From: Octopus sinensis
Lineage: Eukaryota
Reading direction: 5' to 3'
DNA: 64,000 nucleotides
Assembly: GCF_006345805.1 (NCBI RefSeq)
Contig: NC_043014.1
Location: 54,622,001-54,686,000, forward strand
The notes under the pieces were generated by a model. It did not search any database. It was not told the origin of the DNA and saw only the letters and a list, made by a program, of their open reading frames with translations. The position numbers and the translations under genes are program-made. This document shows, in pieces, positions 22,269-33,042 of this stretch (positions within the stretch are counted from its first letter, which is position 1; the number at the start of each line of letters is the position of its first letter).

Positions 22269-22473
22269 CCCTTTCATTACTGTATTTATTTTGAGATGCT
22301 CAGTGTTTCTTCCAATTACTTTAAATATAACAAAGAATTTAGTAAAATAACTTAGTTATCATTAAGCTAGTGTTAGGAACATAAATTGTGATTAAGGTTT
22401 GGTGGAAGATTTTAATTCAGAACTTTTGAAAACCAGACATTTGTACTAAAGAGCCAGGTTGGTCACAAAAGGG
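22269..22473. mobile_element. piggyBac-type MITE, complete (205 bp)
   Basis: TTAA|CCCTTT...AAAGGG|TTAA. Confidence 0.85.
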
Positions 22474-23458
22474 TTAATATTGCCTCCACTGTCAGCCCTC
22501 TCCACCATTCTCCCATCCTACAAGCATCATTTGATGTTTTGTTTAATAAGTTGACATCGGATGTTACTTTGGGGTTCAAAAGTTTAGCCCCCATACCCTT
22601 CCACTACACAGCATCTTGGGCAAGCACCTCCTACCACAGCTTGATCAGGACCGTAAGAAGGGGATTTAGTTGACAGAGACTGTATAGAAGCCTACCATGC
22701 ATGCGTGTGTGTGTGGTTGTCACTGCTTGGATATCAACAGAAGATTAAACCATTTCTGTATTATGTCTCTTTTTTTTTTCTTCTTCTTCTTTCTGTCATT
22801 TCCACTGATGCCATTGTAAATATCAAAGACCAACGCTTGGCCATTTGCAAAGCTGCAACCAGCCTTGCCATCATTCACAAACTATGATTATACAAAAGAA
22901 AGTGAAATAGTTTTCACATCAAAGCTGTTGATAATAAATAGAGAATTGATCATCTGGAGATGTTGTTTGTGATGAGAGAGACTGGTAACCAGCATCCAGG
23001 ACGATGATATTTAGATTCAGATTTTCATGGGACAAATGGAATTATTTATTAATTCCACCATTTGGTGTTAAGGGATTAATTCTTGTTCAATAGTAAAATC
23101 TGTTTCCTATTGTATTTGTTATTAAATCAGAAAATAATTGTGTTTTAAATACTGGAATTAAATAATTTTATTTAATTATTACATTGTTTACGATACTAAT
23201 TATTATGTTAGTTTATTGAATGCATTTCATAATTTAAATTTTTATGTATTTATTTATTTTATTTTATTTTTTTGCTTTCAGATGCTGCTTTGGTGAAAGA
23301 ATCTTCTCGAAAAAGCATCGTTTCTCTGGCCAAAGTTGTCTGCAGCATCCAGGACAGAAGCGAATTTCTATTTTAAACTGTTACAAGTCGTTGATTGTGG
23401 TTTTATTCTTTGGCGCTGCAGATCCACTGAAAGAACTAGTGTATCTCTCACAGAATCA

Positions 23459-26400
23459 ATGACTTTAGACAATCTAATGGTCGTTGAATCTGAAGCAAAG
23501 AATCAAACTGGAACAGATAGCTCCAGGAATGTCACATTTGAATCCAGTAACTCGGCAAGTGACGCGTGTCTACAGGACAACACCTCCAAGAGCTCGTGTG
23601 AAAACAATGCTTCTATATGCAAGTTGGAAGCTTCTGGTTCTGAAAGTCTTTCCCCTATAGAATTAGGTGAAGGCCATTCTTTAGCTGCCGATTCTCTTTC
23701 GGAGAACTTCAAACATGACGTCAGAATCTACGAAACTGCTCAAAATGCCATCATTGAATTGTTACAGAAGACCAAGAAAGCCGACGAAGAAGACGGCACT
23801 TTTGAGAATGTGACAAACGAAACGAGAGTTGCCACTGATAGCATTCAGGGGTTGAGTGATTTTGATGAAATTGAGGACGAAGACGAAGAGGATGGTGCAA
23901 GCAGCGAATTAGAGACGACACAGAGAACTCTTGCTGGACTTGTGGAATTGTCGGGCAACCTTTATGAAATTTCAAACTTTCCTCAAAATCCTTCGAAAGA
24001 AGATTTCAACGAAACCAACTGTATTGAAAATAATGTTTCAGGAGAACTCGGTACAGTTGAAGGAGGCCACGCCTATATAACAACAGACTCCGTAGGAAAT
24101 TTGGAGATTTATGGGGGGAAATCTACTGTCGATGCAGAGATTCTAACAAACAGTATTGTTGATTGTGAAAGTTCTACCAATGATAGAAGTCAGGGAGAGG
24201 AGAATTATGTGGATTCGATGAGTGAAAATGATGCCACTGTAAATATAATTGCAACATTAGATACTGAGGAGTCCAATGAAATCCACACTCGTATGAAGCA
24301 GATATTGGATGGTTCCGGAACGAGTGAGCCCACAAATATAGACAACTGTGAGAAAGGACTCTGTGATTCTACTGCTGCAGCTGCTGCTGGTTTTGAGAAC
24401 AAAATTTGTGATTCTGGAGGCTTGGAGAATTCTTCCGGTGGAGAAAGCCTGTCGGAAAGTGTTGGCATCGGTGCGAGAGAAAGCAACCCACCGCGTGGAG
24501 AACAACACAACGACATTTGCAGTCGAGTAAATTCAAAAGGCAATATTTGTGAAAGTGTCCTTCCAATGGACAATATTTGCGGCGCTGATGTTGCTATGAA
24601 CGATTTGTGTGAGGCAGACCTTCCTATGTCAGATATGTGTGAACCAGAAATCCCTATCAGTGACGTGTGTGCTGCAGAGATACCAATGGCTGATGTGTCT
24701 GATATTGCAATGCAAGACATCTGCGAATCTGATATTCAGATGAATGCCATATGTGATAGCGATATCTCTATGAATAACATTTGCGCCTCTGATATCCAGA
24801 TTGGCACAGTGTGTGGGCCAGAAATTACCATGAGCAATATCTGTGGCACCGATATTGGGATGAATAATGTATGTGTGGCTGATATTTCAATGAGCAATAT
24901 CTGTGTAGCCAACAGTCCTGGCAATAATATCTGTGTATCGGATAGTCCTGGGACCCATATCAACTTCGCTGGAACCAGTATTTGTACATCGGACAGTCCC
25001 GGTAATATATGTGTCACCGATAGTTTAACCAATAATATCTGCACCCAGGAAGTTCTTGCTAATAACATCTGCGCCACGGATGCTTTGGGAAATACAATTT
25101 GCACAGCAATTACACTTGAGAACAACATCTGTGCCACCGACATATCAAACCTCTGTGTAGCGAGTGTGGCAAAGAACGTCAACCAAGAAGCATTAACCAA
25201 CTCCGATGGCAGTGTGGCCAGCATTTGCCAGACTGATACCCAGGGTGGTTTGGTTGATGTAAGCATGATCAAAACGGAACCAGCCAGCAGCAATACGTAC
25301 GGGGTTTGTCTGACTCAGAACCAAACAAACGACCAGGTTGCCGAGACAACGGCACCGGATGCTACTAAGAAGAAAAGACCAAGTCGACCAAAGTCATCGG
25401 TACCCGAGACTTGTACTGTTTGTAACCGAGTGTTTACAAATTCAACCAGTTTGAAGAAACACATGAAAACCCATTCGGGTGAGAAACCGTTTGAATGTGA
25501 TGTTTGTAAAAAATGTTTCCAGGAACCAAGCAACTTGAAGCGACACAAGATCATCCACTCAGGTGAGAGGCCGTTTAAATGTAAAGTTTGTGAGAAAGCA
25601 TTTTCACAGTCGTATACGCTGACCAGACACATGCGCACTCACAAACCCAAAACAGAATCTGTTGAGACGGTCAACGCTACAAGCGGAGCAGTTGTCACGA
25701 CCACCGACAGCACCGTTGCGATCAGTGAAAATGGATCTGAAGACCTGAAACCATTGGCTACCAGCAGTTGTGTTTCTGCTCTGCCAGCTATTAGTTCGTG
25801 TGTTACTGCTTTACCTGCGATCAGTACCTGTATGACGGCCCTGCCATCAATTAGTACATGTATTACAGCTCTGCCAACTATTAGTACATGCATGACTGCT
25901 CTACCGACTATAGGTACTGTACTACCAACTATCGGCACCTGCGCCACGGTGCTGCCGACCATCAGCACCTCAGGCACCACTGTCTTACCTATGAACAACA
26001 ACACCATACTCCAGGGCAACAACGCTTGCCTGGCAGTTATTACAAACAACGGAGAGACTGTGTCTTCAGTTGGCAACATTTGCACAGCTGGACTTGTTAA
26101 CACCATATTGGCTGCTGCAAGCTCATCTGACAACCTCGGCAATGGTTTGTGCGCTGCCGAGGGCCCCACAGTTGAAATAGAGAGCAGTATGTGCTCTCCT
26201 ACTGAACTTGCAGTTGCCGTGTGTGGCACCGACGTCTCCAAGAACAGTGGAGGCGAATCAACCGTATCTTCCAAGGAATCGGAAACTTTTGATTTGGATA
26301 CTCTCAGGGAAAATGTTGAATCTGCTTCGGTGGAAGCTGTTGTTGATGGGAACCAGGTGTCTGAGGAGGGGCTGTTGGAGGAGAACAAGATGGTGGTGTG

Positions 26401-27004
26401 TAAAGTGGAACCAATAGATATTCAGAACGAAATATTTGAGACGGCAGAAACGATCAAAACTGAAGGTGGCGTGAACAGTAACAGCAATGGTAGCAGTGCC
26501 AACGGACAGAAGAAGAAGAAGAAAGCGAATCGCTCCAAGTCAGTGGTTTCAGAAGCTTGCGCTATTTGTAGCCGGGTGTTTACGAATCTGACAACTCTAA
26601 AGAAACACCTGAAAACTCACACAGGGGAGAGGCCATTCGAGTGTGAAGTGTGTCACAAATGTTTCCAGGAGCCGAGTCATTTGACCAGGCACAAAAGAAT
26701 TCATTCTGGAGAGAAACCATTTAAGTGCAAAGTCTGTGAGAAGGCCTTCTCCCAGTCGTACACGCTGACCCGGCACATGCGAACACATTCCGGCGAACGC
26801 CCGTTCAAGTGTGATGTCTGCAGCAAGGCCTTCTCCCAGTCCTACACACTTACTGTACACAGGCGGACACACTCCACCGACCGACCTTATGAGTGTGAGA
26901 TATGTCACTCCAAGTTCTTTGAGGCGTCCCATCTCACTCGCCATTTCCGGACACACATAGGAGAACAGCACTTCACCTGTGAACTTTGTCATAAACACTT
27001 CTAA
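23459..27004 (+). CDS. C2H2 zinc-finger protein (~1181 aa): acidic low-complexity N-terminus, Cys-periodic repeats, 3-finger cluster, second repeat tract, 5 fingers plus truncated 6th
   Basis: Single open frame; canonical CX2C-X12-HX3H fingers with TGERPF/SGEKPF linkers at 25412-25642 and 26558-27001. First in-frame ATG is 23459; the track's 23336 start is TTG, with an in-frame stop at 23294 after the acceptor at 23281. Confidence 0.93.
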   Translation: MTLDNLMVVESEAKNQTGTDSSRNVTFESSNSASDACLQDNTSKSSCENNASICKLEASGSESLSPIELGEGHSLAADSLSENFKHDVRIYETAQNAIIELLQKTKKADEEDGTFENVTNETRVATDSIQGLSDFDEIEDEDEEDGASSELETTQRTLAGLVELSGNLYEISNFPQNPSKEDFNETNCIENNVSGELGTVEGGHAYITTDSVGNLEIYGGKSTVDAEILTNSIVDCESSTNDRSQGEENYVDSMSENDATVNIIATLDTEESNEIHTRMKQILDGSGTSEPTNIDNCEKGLCDSTAAAAAGFENKICDSGGLENSSGGESLSESVGIGARESNPPRGEQHNDICSRVNSKGNICESVLPMDNICGADVAMNDLCEADLPMSDMCEPEIPISDVCAAEIPMADVSDIAMQDICESDIQMNAICDSDISMNNICASDIQIGTVCGPEITMSNICGTDIGMNNVCVADISMSNICVANSPGNNICVSDSPGTHINFAGTSICTSDSPGNICVTDSLTNNICTQEVLANNICATDALGNTICTAITLENNICATDISNLCVASVAKNVNQEALTNSDGSVASICQTDTQGGLVDVSMIKTEPASSNTYGVCLTQNQTNDQVAETTAPDATKKKRPSRPKSSVPETCTVCNRVFTNSTSLKKHMKTHSGEKPFECDVCKKCFQEPSNLKRHKIIHSGERPFKCKVCEKAFSQSYTLTRHMRTHKPKTESVETVNATSGAVVTTTDSTVAISENGSEDLKPLATSSCVSALPAISSCVTALPAISTCMTALPSISTCITALPTISTCMTALPTIGTVLPTIGTCATVLPTISTSGTTVLPMNNNTILQGNNACLAVITNNGETVSSVGNICTAGLVNTILAAASSSDNLGNGLCAAEGPTVEIESSMCSPTELAVAVCGTDVSKNSGGESTVSSKESETFDLDTLRENVESASVEAVVDGNQVSEEGLLEENKMVVCKVEPIDIQNEIFETAETIKTEGGVNSNSNGSSANGQKKKKKANRSKSVVSEACAICSRVFTNLTTLKKHLKTHTGERPFECEVCHKCFQEPSHLTRHKRIHSGEKPFKCKVCEKAFSQSYTLTRHMRTHSGERPFKCDVCSKAFSQSYTLTVHRRTHSTDRPYECEICHSKFFEASHLTRHFRTHIGEQHFTCELCHKHF

Positions 27005-27698
27005 AGGAAGGAAGGTGCCTTGGCCTTCACTTCGTGCTGGAAAAACATAGAATTCAAAAAAAGAATATATAAAATAAAAAAAACCAACAACAAACAAAGG
27101 CAGATATGACAGTACGGGGTCGTGATTTTATATATTTGGGGGCAAAGAAGAAAACAAAACAAAACAAACAAACAAACATGAAAACCCCTTTTGTTGTTCC
27201 CTTTTTTCTTAAGTGTGTGAAGTTGTCGGGGGGAGGGAAGAAAAACTATCGGGGGGGAAAATGGTGTTGTTTTTATTTTTTCATGTCATCTCCCACTGTT
27301 TAATTGGTCAAATGAAATTCTTATATACATACATGCATACACATTGAAACACACACACACACACGGTGTGTAATTATATATGTGTGCGTTGTGGTTGTGC
27401 GTGTGTGTATACCTATATGAATATATATATATATATGTATATATGTATACATACATCCATATGTGTGTGTGTGTGTGTGCACACACTCTTTTCTCTCCCT
27501 CTCTCTGGTCAGATATGTTGTTTTACTCTGTTGTAGAGGATTAGTAATTCTGCTACTAATGCTACGGTTATTATTATTATTATTAGTAGTAGTATTATCA
27601 TCATCATCATCAACACCATTACATCAGCAGAATGTTATGTATTTTAATATGTGCATAGAATATTTATATACGTGTGTGTGTAAAGAAATATTGTGATT

Positions 27699-27704
27699 AA
27701 TAAA
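27699..27704 (+). terminator. Candidate polyadenylation signal of the ZNF gene
   Basis: AATAAA followed by GT-rich tract; an alternative AATAAA lies at 27073. Confidence 0.4.
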
Positions 27705-28173
27705 GAAATAGTGTGTGTGTGTGTGTGTGACAAGATTCAGTCGGATGAAGTACTTAAAGGCGAGGCCCCTTGTTAGGTTAGAATAGGGCCCTAGTCGTAT
27801 GAGATCCCTAAATATGTCGTGGATTCATGTATTCATCTGGAGAAAACGTCTTTTTATAATGATATAATGCACTCCTTAATTAATTAAAATATTCGTTAGA
27901 AATGGCTGTAATGAATTGTTACTTATGGTACCAGTCATTTCCTGGGGACAGGGTGCAATTGATCCCCTACACCCTCCCCCCTCCAAATTAGGGGCCACGT
28001 GTGAAGGTGTGATGAACATCGTCATTTAACATAGTGAAGTGGCAGAAGTGTTAGAGCGTCAGACAAAGTGCCTTGCAGTATTTCTTTCAGCTCTTTATGT
28101 TGCAAGTTCAAATCCTGCCAAGGTCAGCTCTGCCTTTTCATTTTTTTTCCATGTTATTATTATTATTATTATT

Positions 28174-28397
28174 AAGGCTGCGAACTGGTCGAATTGTTAG
28201 CACGTCGGGTGAAATGCTTAGTAGTATTTCGTCTGTCTTTACGTTCTGAGTTCAAATTCCGCCAAGGTCGACTTTGCCTTTCATCCTTTCGGGGGTGATT
28301 AAATAACTACCAGTTACACACTAGGGTCGATGTAATCAACTACACCCTTCCCCCCAAGGTGCCCTTGTGGCAAAAACTTGAAATTGTTATTATTATT
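28174..28397 (+). mobile_element. SINE family B
   Basis: Full head, B-box, tail CCCAAGGTGCCCTTGTGGCAAAAACTTGAAA(TTA)n; preceded by (TTA)n. Confidence 0.85.
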
Positions 28398-29804
28398 CTT
28401 AATATTTATTGTGTGTTGGTCGTGGTGCAGATGGCTTCACTTGTTGGGTTTCTGGCCTCTTTTTTCTGATTTCAAATCTTAATTAGAGTCAAATTAAGTA
28501 CAAATAAAATATAAGTTTGTCAGTTTTGGTCAACTACACAAAAATGATTTTGTGCACCTTATTAATAGTTTTGTTGTCGTTGTTGTTGTTGTTAATTTCA
28601 TCATCATCATCATCATCTTAGCCTGTTTACAACCTTTGGGTCTCCACGTTCAATCGTTTAGTTTGAGTCTCAAGTTCTGCCAATATTTTCCTTGATTCGG
28701 TTGCCAGACTTTAAATTTCTACCTCTTTTGCTGTTGAATTTCTCACTTCTTAAGACTTCTGTCAGCAAGTTCACAGTTTTGTTCTAGGGAAATGTTAGAT
28801 GTAAATAAGGGGTTTTTAAAAAAAAAAAAAAAACGAGAGCTAGGGAATCTATGTTGATAATAAATATAGAATAGTTTGAAGGTTTGTGAAGTGAAACTTT
28901 AATCATGCTATTATCATAGTTTTAGTATGACATTGTAGGGAAGGTGTAAGAGGTCAGATCTTGACAGTTTTAACATAAAACAAGGAGAATACTTGGCCAG
29001 TTTAAATGCTAAAATGTGAACATGAATTTAGCCATTAAATTTCTCTTTTTTCTTTCTCTCTACAACATTTATGGCAGAAAAATTACTTTTCTTCTTTTTG
29101 TTGAGATTTTACAGAGTCCATCTGTTGCTTTGTGTGTTCCTGGGCAAGAGAAAAAAACAAATAGCTGCACTTTGCTGCTGTTTACCTGGCTCGGACACGA
29201 CATCTTCTGCTCCTAGTTCAGTGTCTGGTGACTAACAAGAATCAAAGAAGCAGAGACAAATTCGATTTTGTGTTGAAGGACAAATAAATATGCACAGAAT
29301 AGATGTGTAGTAATTCTGTTGTTAGAAATTCCCGTTGCTGTCGTGGTTGCAGGGCTACAAAAATCGTGGTTCTTGTGTAGATTAGTTTGAGAAGCTGCTT
29401 GGAACGAATTGATCCTGGGTTGTCTAGTTTGGGTTTGAAATAGCTGAGAAAAAGAGTTTGTGGAAACTAGAGGCAGTTGATGTCGTTGGAAATGAATGAA
29501 GTCGCTATATTTGAAGAAGTTTGTTTGCCATGAGACATCATTGCTAATGTTTTAAACAAAGTCTTCTTTGCTGAGGCATATTTCAAGTAGGAATGCACTG
29601 ACATTGGTATTCCCACGACTGAATCTCCAAGCGTTAGATTCGCATTTCATCATGGTACTCAAGCTCTTTGAGCCTTGTTTTAATCTGATATTTATACCTG
29701 TCAATATATGCATAATGTACAAGTTTAGCTAAAATACTGAGGCATCGTTTTGTGAGAGAAGTTTCCATTTTGCCTGTCAAAATCTGTCCTATTCACTAAA
29801 TGTT

Positions 29805-29847
29805 GAATTACCTCCCTTTTGCCTAACAACCACGCCATGTTGGCCGC
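29805..29847 (-). promoter_or_regulatory. Promoter-like cluster with possible first coding exon (MAWLLGKRE)
   Basis: Minus strand GCGGCCAACATGGCG (YY1-like, strong Kozak), 27 nt, then GAG|GTAATT overlapping AAGGGAGGTAATTC; CCAAT at ~29947. Confidence 0.35.
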
Positions 29848-30397
29848 TCTATGGAAGCCCCTACGTGCTATAAGAAGATAGTCTTAAATTCAGTTTTTGA
29901 ACTAAGAAGGGGGGGAAATGAGTTTGTGTTCATCCTGGGAGAATCGATTGGACGTTTTATGCAGGTTATTATGCAAAATACAGAGCCAAACGTTTTCCAA
30001 ATCACACACGCAAACATAGACCCACACACGTTTGTGTATCTGTGTGTATGCTTGTATATGTATTTATGTATGTATATAGTTGACATTTAATGTAAATAAT
30101 ATTAACACACGCATGTAAACAAAAATTTTAAAGGGTTGCAAATGGATTAAGTGTTGTGGGGTTTTTGAAACTGTATCCTTTACACCTGTGTGTGTGTGTG
30201 TGTGTGTTGTTACATATTACCCTTTGAAAATAATCATTTCTCTTTGTCTGTCCCCGCCTTTCTCCCTCCCTCCCCCTCTCACACACACACAAACTGTTCC
30301 CTTTCAAAAAACGTTAGGTCCCCTGTATTGTCTGACCAACTTTCTTGTTACCTCTCTTTCTCTCTCAGCCTATCTCTCCCTGTATATATATATGTGT

Positions 30398-30436
30398 CAA
30401 AGTAATTTATTTTACTAAGCCCTTATATATAATGTA
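30398..30436. repeat. Single arm of the 49832 palindrome family
   Basis: CAAAGTAATTTATTTTACTAAGCCCTT..ATATAATGTA matches the right arm at 49922-49960; runs into (TA)n. Confidence 0.85.
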
Positions 30437-30515
30437 ATATATATATATATATATATATATTACATATATATATTATATATATATATTATATATATATATA
30501 TATTATATATATATA

Positions 30516-30573
<58 letters not shown>

Positions 30574-30896
30574 TCTCTCTCACCTCTCTACTGTGATTGT
30601 CGACCCCTTTGTCTCTCGTATCAAAGGAATGCAAAATCTTCCGGGTATTGGTATTCCTCGATAATATTTGGGGGTGGAAGTGGGGAGGGGTGCAGGAGGG
30701 GGGGTGTGGGGGAGGCTGTCATTACATCACTGCCATAGGTTTTTCTGTTGCAAGCTAATGTTGTTGTTGTTGTTGTTGTTATTGTTACATACTGCTGCCA
30801 GTTCTTACAATTCCCTCTCTGCACGTTTGTGTGTGTGCGTATATGTATGTATGTATGAATATATATATGTGTGTGTTTATATGTAGACACACACAC

Positions 30897-30927
<31 letters not shown>

Positions 30928-30945
30928 CATATATATATATATATA

Positions 30946-31347
30946 GGCGCAGGAGTGGCTGTGTGGTAAGTAGCTTGCTAACCAACCACATGGTTCCGGG
31001 TTCAGTCCCACTGCGTGACATCTTGGGCAAGTGTCTTCTGCTATAGCCCCGGGCTGACCAATGCCTCATGACTGGATTTGGTAGACAGAAACTGAGAGAA
31101 GCCCGTCGTATATATGTATATATATATATATGCGTGTATGTTTGTGTGTCTGTGTTTGTCCCCCTAGCATTGCTTGACAACTGATGCTGGTGTGTTTACG
31201 TCCCCGTCACTTAGCGGTTCGGCAAAAGATAGACCGATAGAATAAGTACTGGGCTTACAAAGAATAAGTCCCGGGGTCGATTTGCTCGACTAAAGGCGGT
31301 GCTCCTGCATGGCCGCAGTCAAATGACTGAAACAAGTAAAAGAGTAA
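30946..31347 (+). mobile_element. SINE family A (young copy)
   Basis: Near-identical to 185-596. Confidence 0.9.
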
Positions 31348-32995
31348 ATGTATGTGTGTATATATATATATATCTGAGAGCGTGAATACATATATAAAGT
31401 GAGTGATATATATTCCAACTTTCAACTGGTCAGCAGAATCGCTCTGGTATTTATAAGGTTTGTTGTTTGTTTGTTGTTTTGTTTTGTTTGTTTGTTAGGT
31501 TTTTTTTTTTTGCTACAAACTGAAAGAAAAATATTGCTATAAAAGAAAAAGAAGTCAAAAAAAAAACATGGAATTAAACTTATTCACAGAAAAATGACAC
31601 AAAAAAAAAAAAACGGTTCTGAAAAATGGTAAATCGGTCTTGTTTGTTTGTGACCCGGTCTTGTTTGCGTGTGTGTGTGTGTGAGTGCATGTGCGTGCGT
31701 GTATGTGTGTGAGTATGTTCTATTTATTTTTTTAAGACTTTTTCTTTTTGACCGATGGTTTTGGTGGAGCGGGGCGTTATTTTCAGTGGAGTTTTGTGTC
31801 ATGCCCTTCTCACCGTTATCTCCTTCGTTAATTAATCATCAGTTTTTCATCAGTGTTTTTAATCAGTATATCTAAAAAGGAAACAAACAAAAAAAAAGTT
31901 GAAAAAAAAAAAAAATGGAATAAGCATATTTGTACCTCTTTTACTTTTTCTTCTTCATTGTGTGCAAGAGTAAAGGTAACGCCAAAAAAAAAAGGGGAAA
32001 AAAAGGAGAAAACTGAAGAAAAAAGAAAAAAAGAAAAATTTGGTCGGGGGGGGGGGATAAAAGTGGGATCGGGGGGGAAAGCTTAAAAAGAACAGATCTA
32101 AAATGGGGGAGGGGTGATTTTTTCCTATTTTTTTTTTGTTTTTTTTTTCCCCCCTGAAATCAGAAAAAGCAATGCAACAACAAAAACAGGAATAACTCTC
32201 TTCAAGAACGTGTACAAACAAATAAATAAAATAAATATATTGAAGAATAAAAACAAAAGAAAAACAAAAAAACTACTTTCAACCGAATAATTTCCAAATT
32301 TCTCAGTTGAAACGTTCTCATGAAAGGACACACGGACACAGTCTTGGTGTTACTAGTATTACTGGTATGAATTTGTTATATTAAAAAAAAAAAAATAGAG
32401 AGTTTAAGCCAACAACAACAGTAACAAAAAATCTCTCCTGTTGGTGAGCAATATATACTTTGTGTGTGTGTGTTTTATTAATGTCTGTGTCTGTAATTAT
32501 CTTCAAGTTTTTTTTTTTGTTTTTTTTGTGCCATTTTGTGATCTTAGCTAGAAACATTCATTACACACGCACACACACACACACATTGACACACACACTG
32601 ACACACACAGAGCAACCCCTGAACCCTTTCGTCTCTCTCTCATCTCATCTCATCTCATCTTTCCATCCTCTCTCCCTTTCCGCTCATCACCATCTCTTTT
32701 TGGAGACGGAGAAAAAAACATGAAAAATATACAAACATGAAAGAAAGAAAAAAGAAAAAAATGATGAAATGAAATAATAAACACAACTGCAGTAAAAAAA
32801 AAAAGAAAATGCACCCCACCCCCCTCCAGTCATCCCTTCTCCTCTTCCAAAAACAAACAGACATTTCTTTGTAAATATCACATACTTCATACAGTTGCTC
32901 AGGTAGCAGCAAATACACACACACACTCGTATATATATATATATATATACACATATATACACATATACATGTGTATATGTATGTGTGTGTGTGTG

Positions 32996-33042
<47 letters not shown>

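Noticed and set aside
23336-23458. ORF-track start of the ZNF protein
   Set aside because: TTG start; the first ATG in frame is 23459 and the upstream in-frame sequence is closed at 23294
24205-26388. Minus-strand ORFs of 107-249 aa
   Set aside because: Antisense shadows of the repetitive ZNF coding sequence
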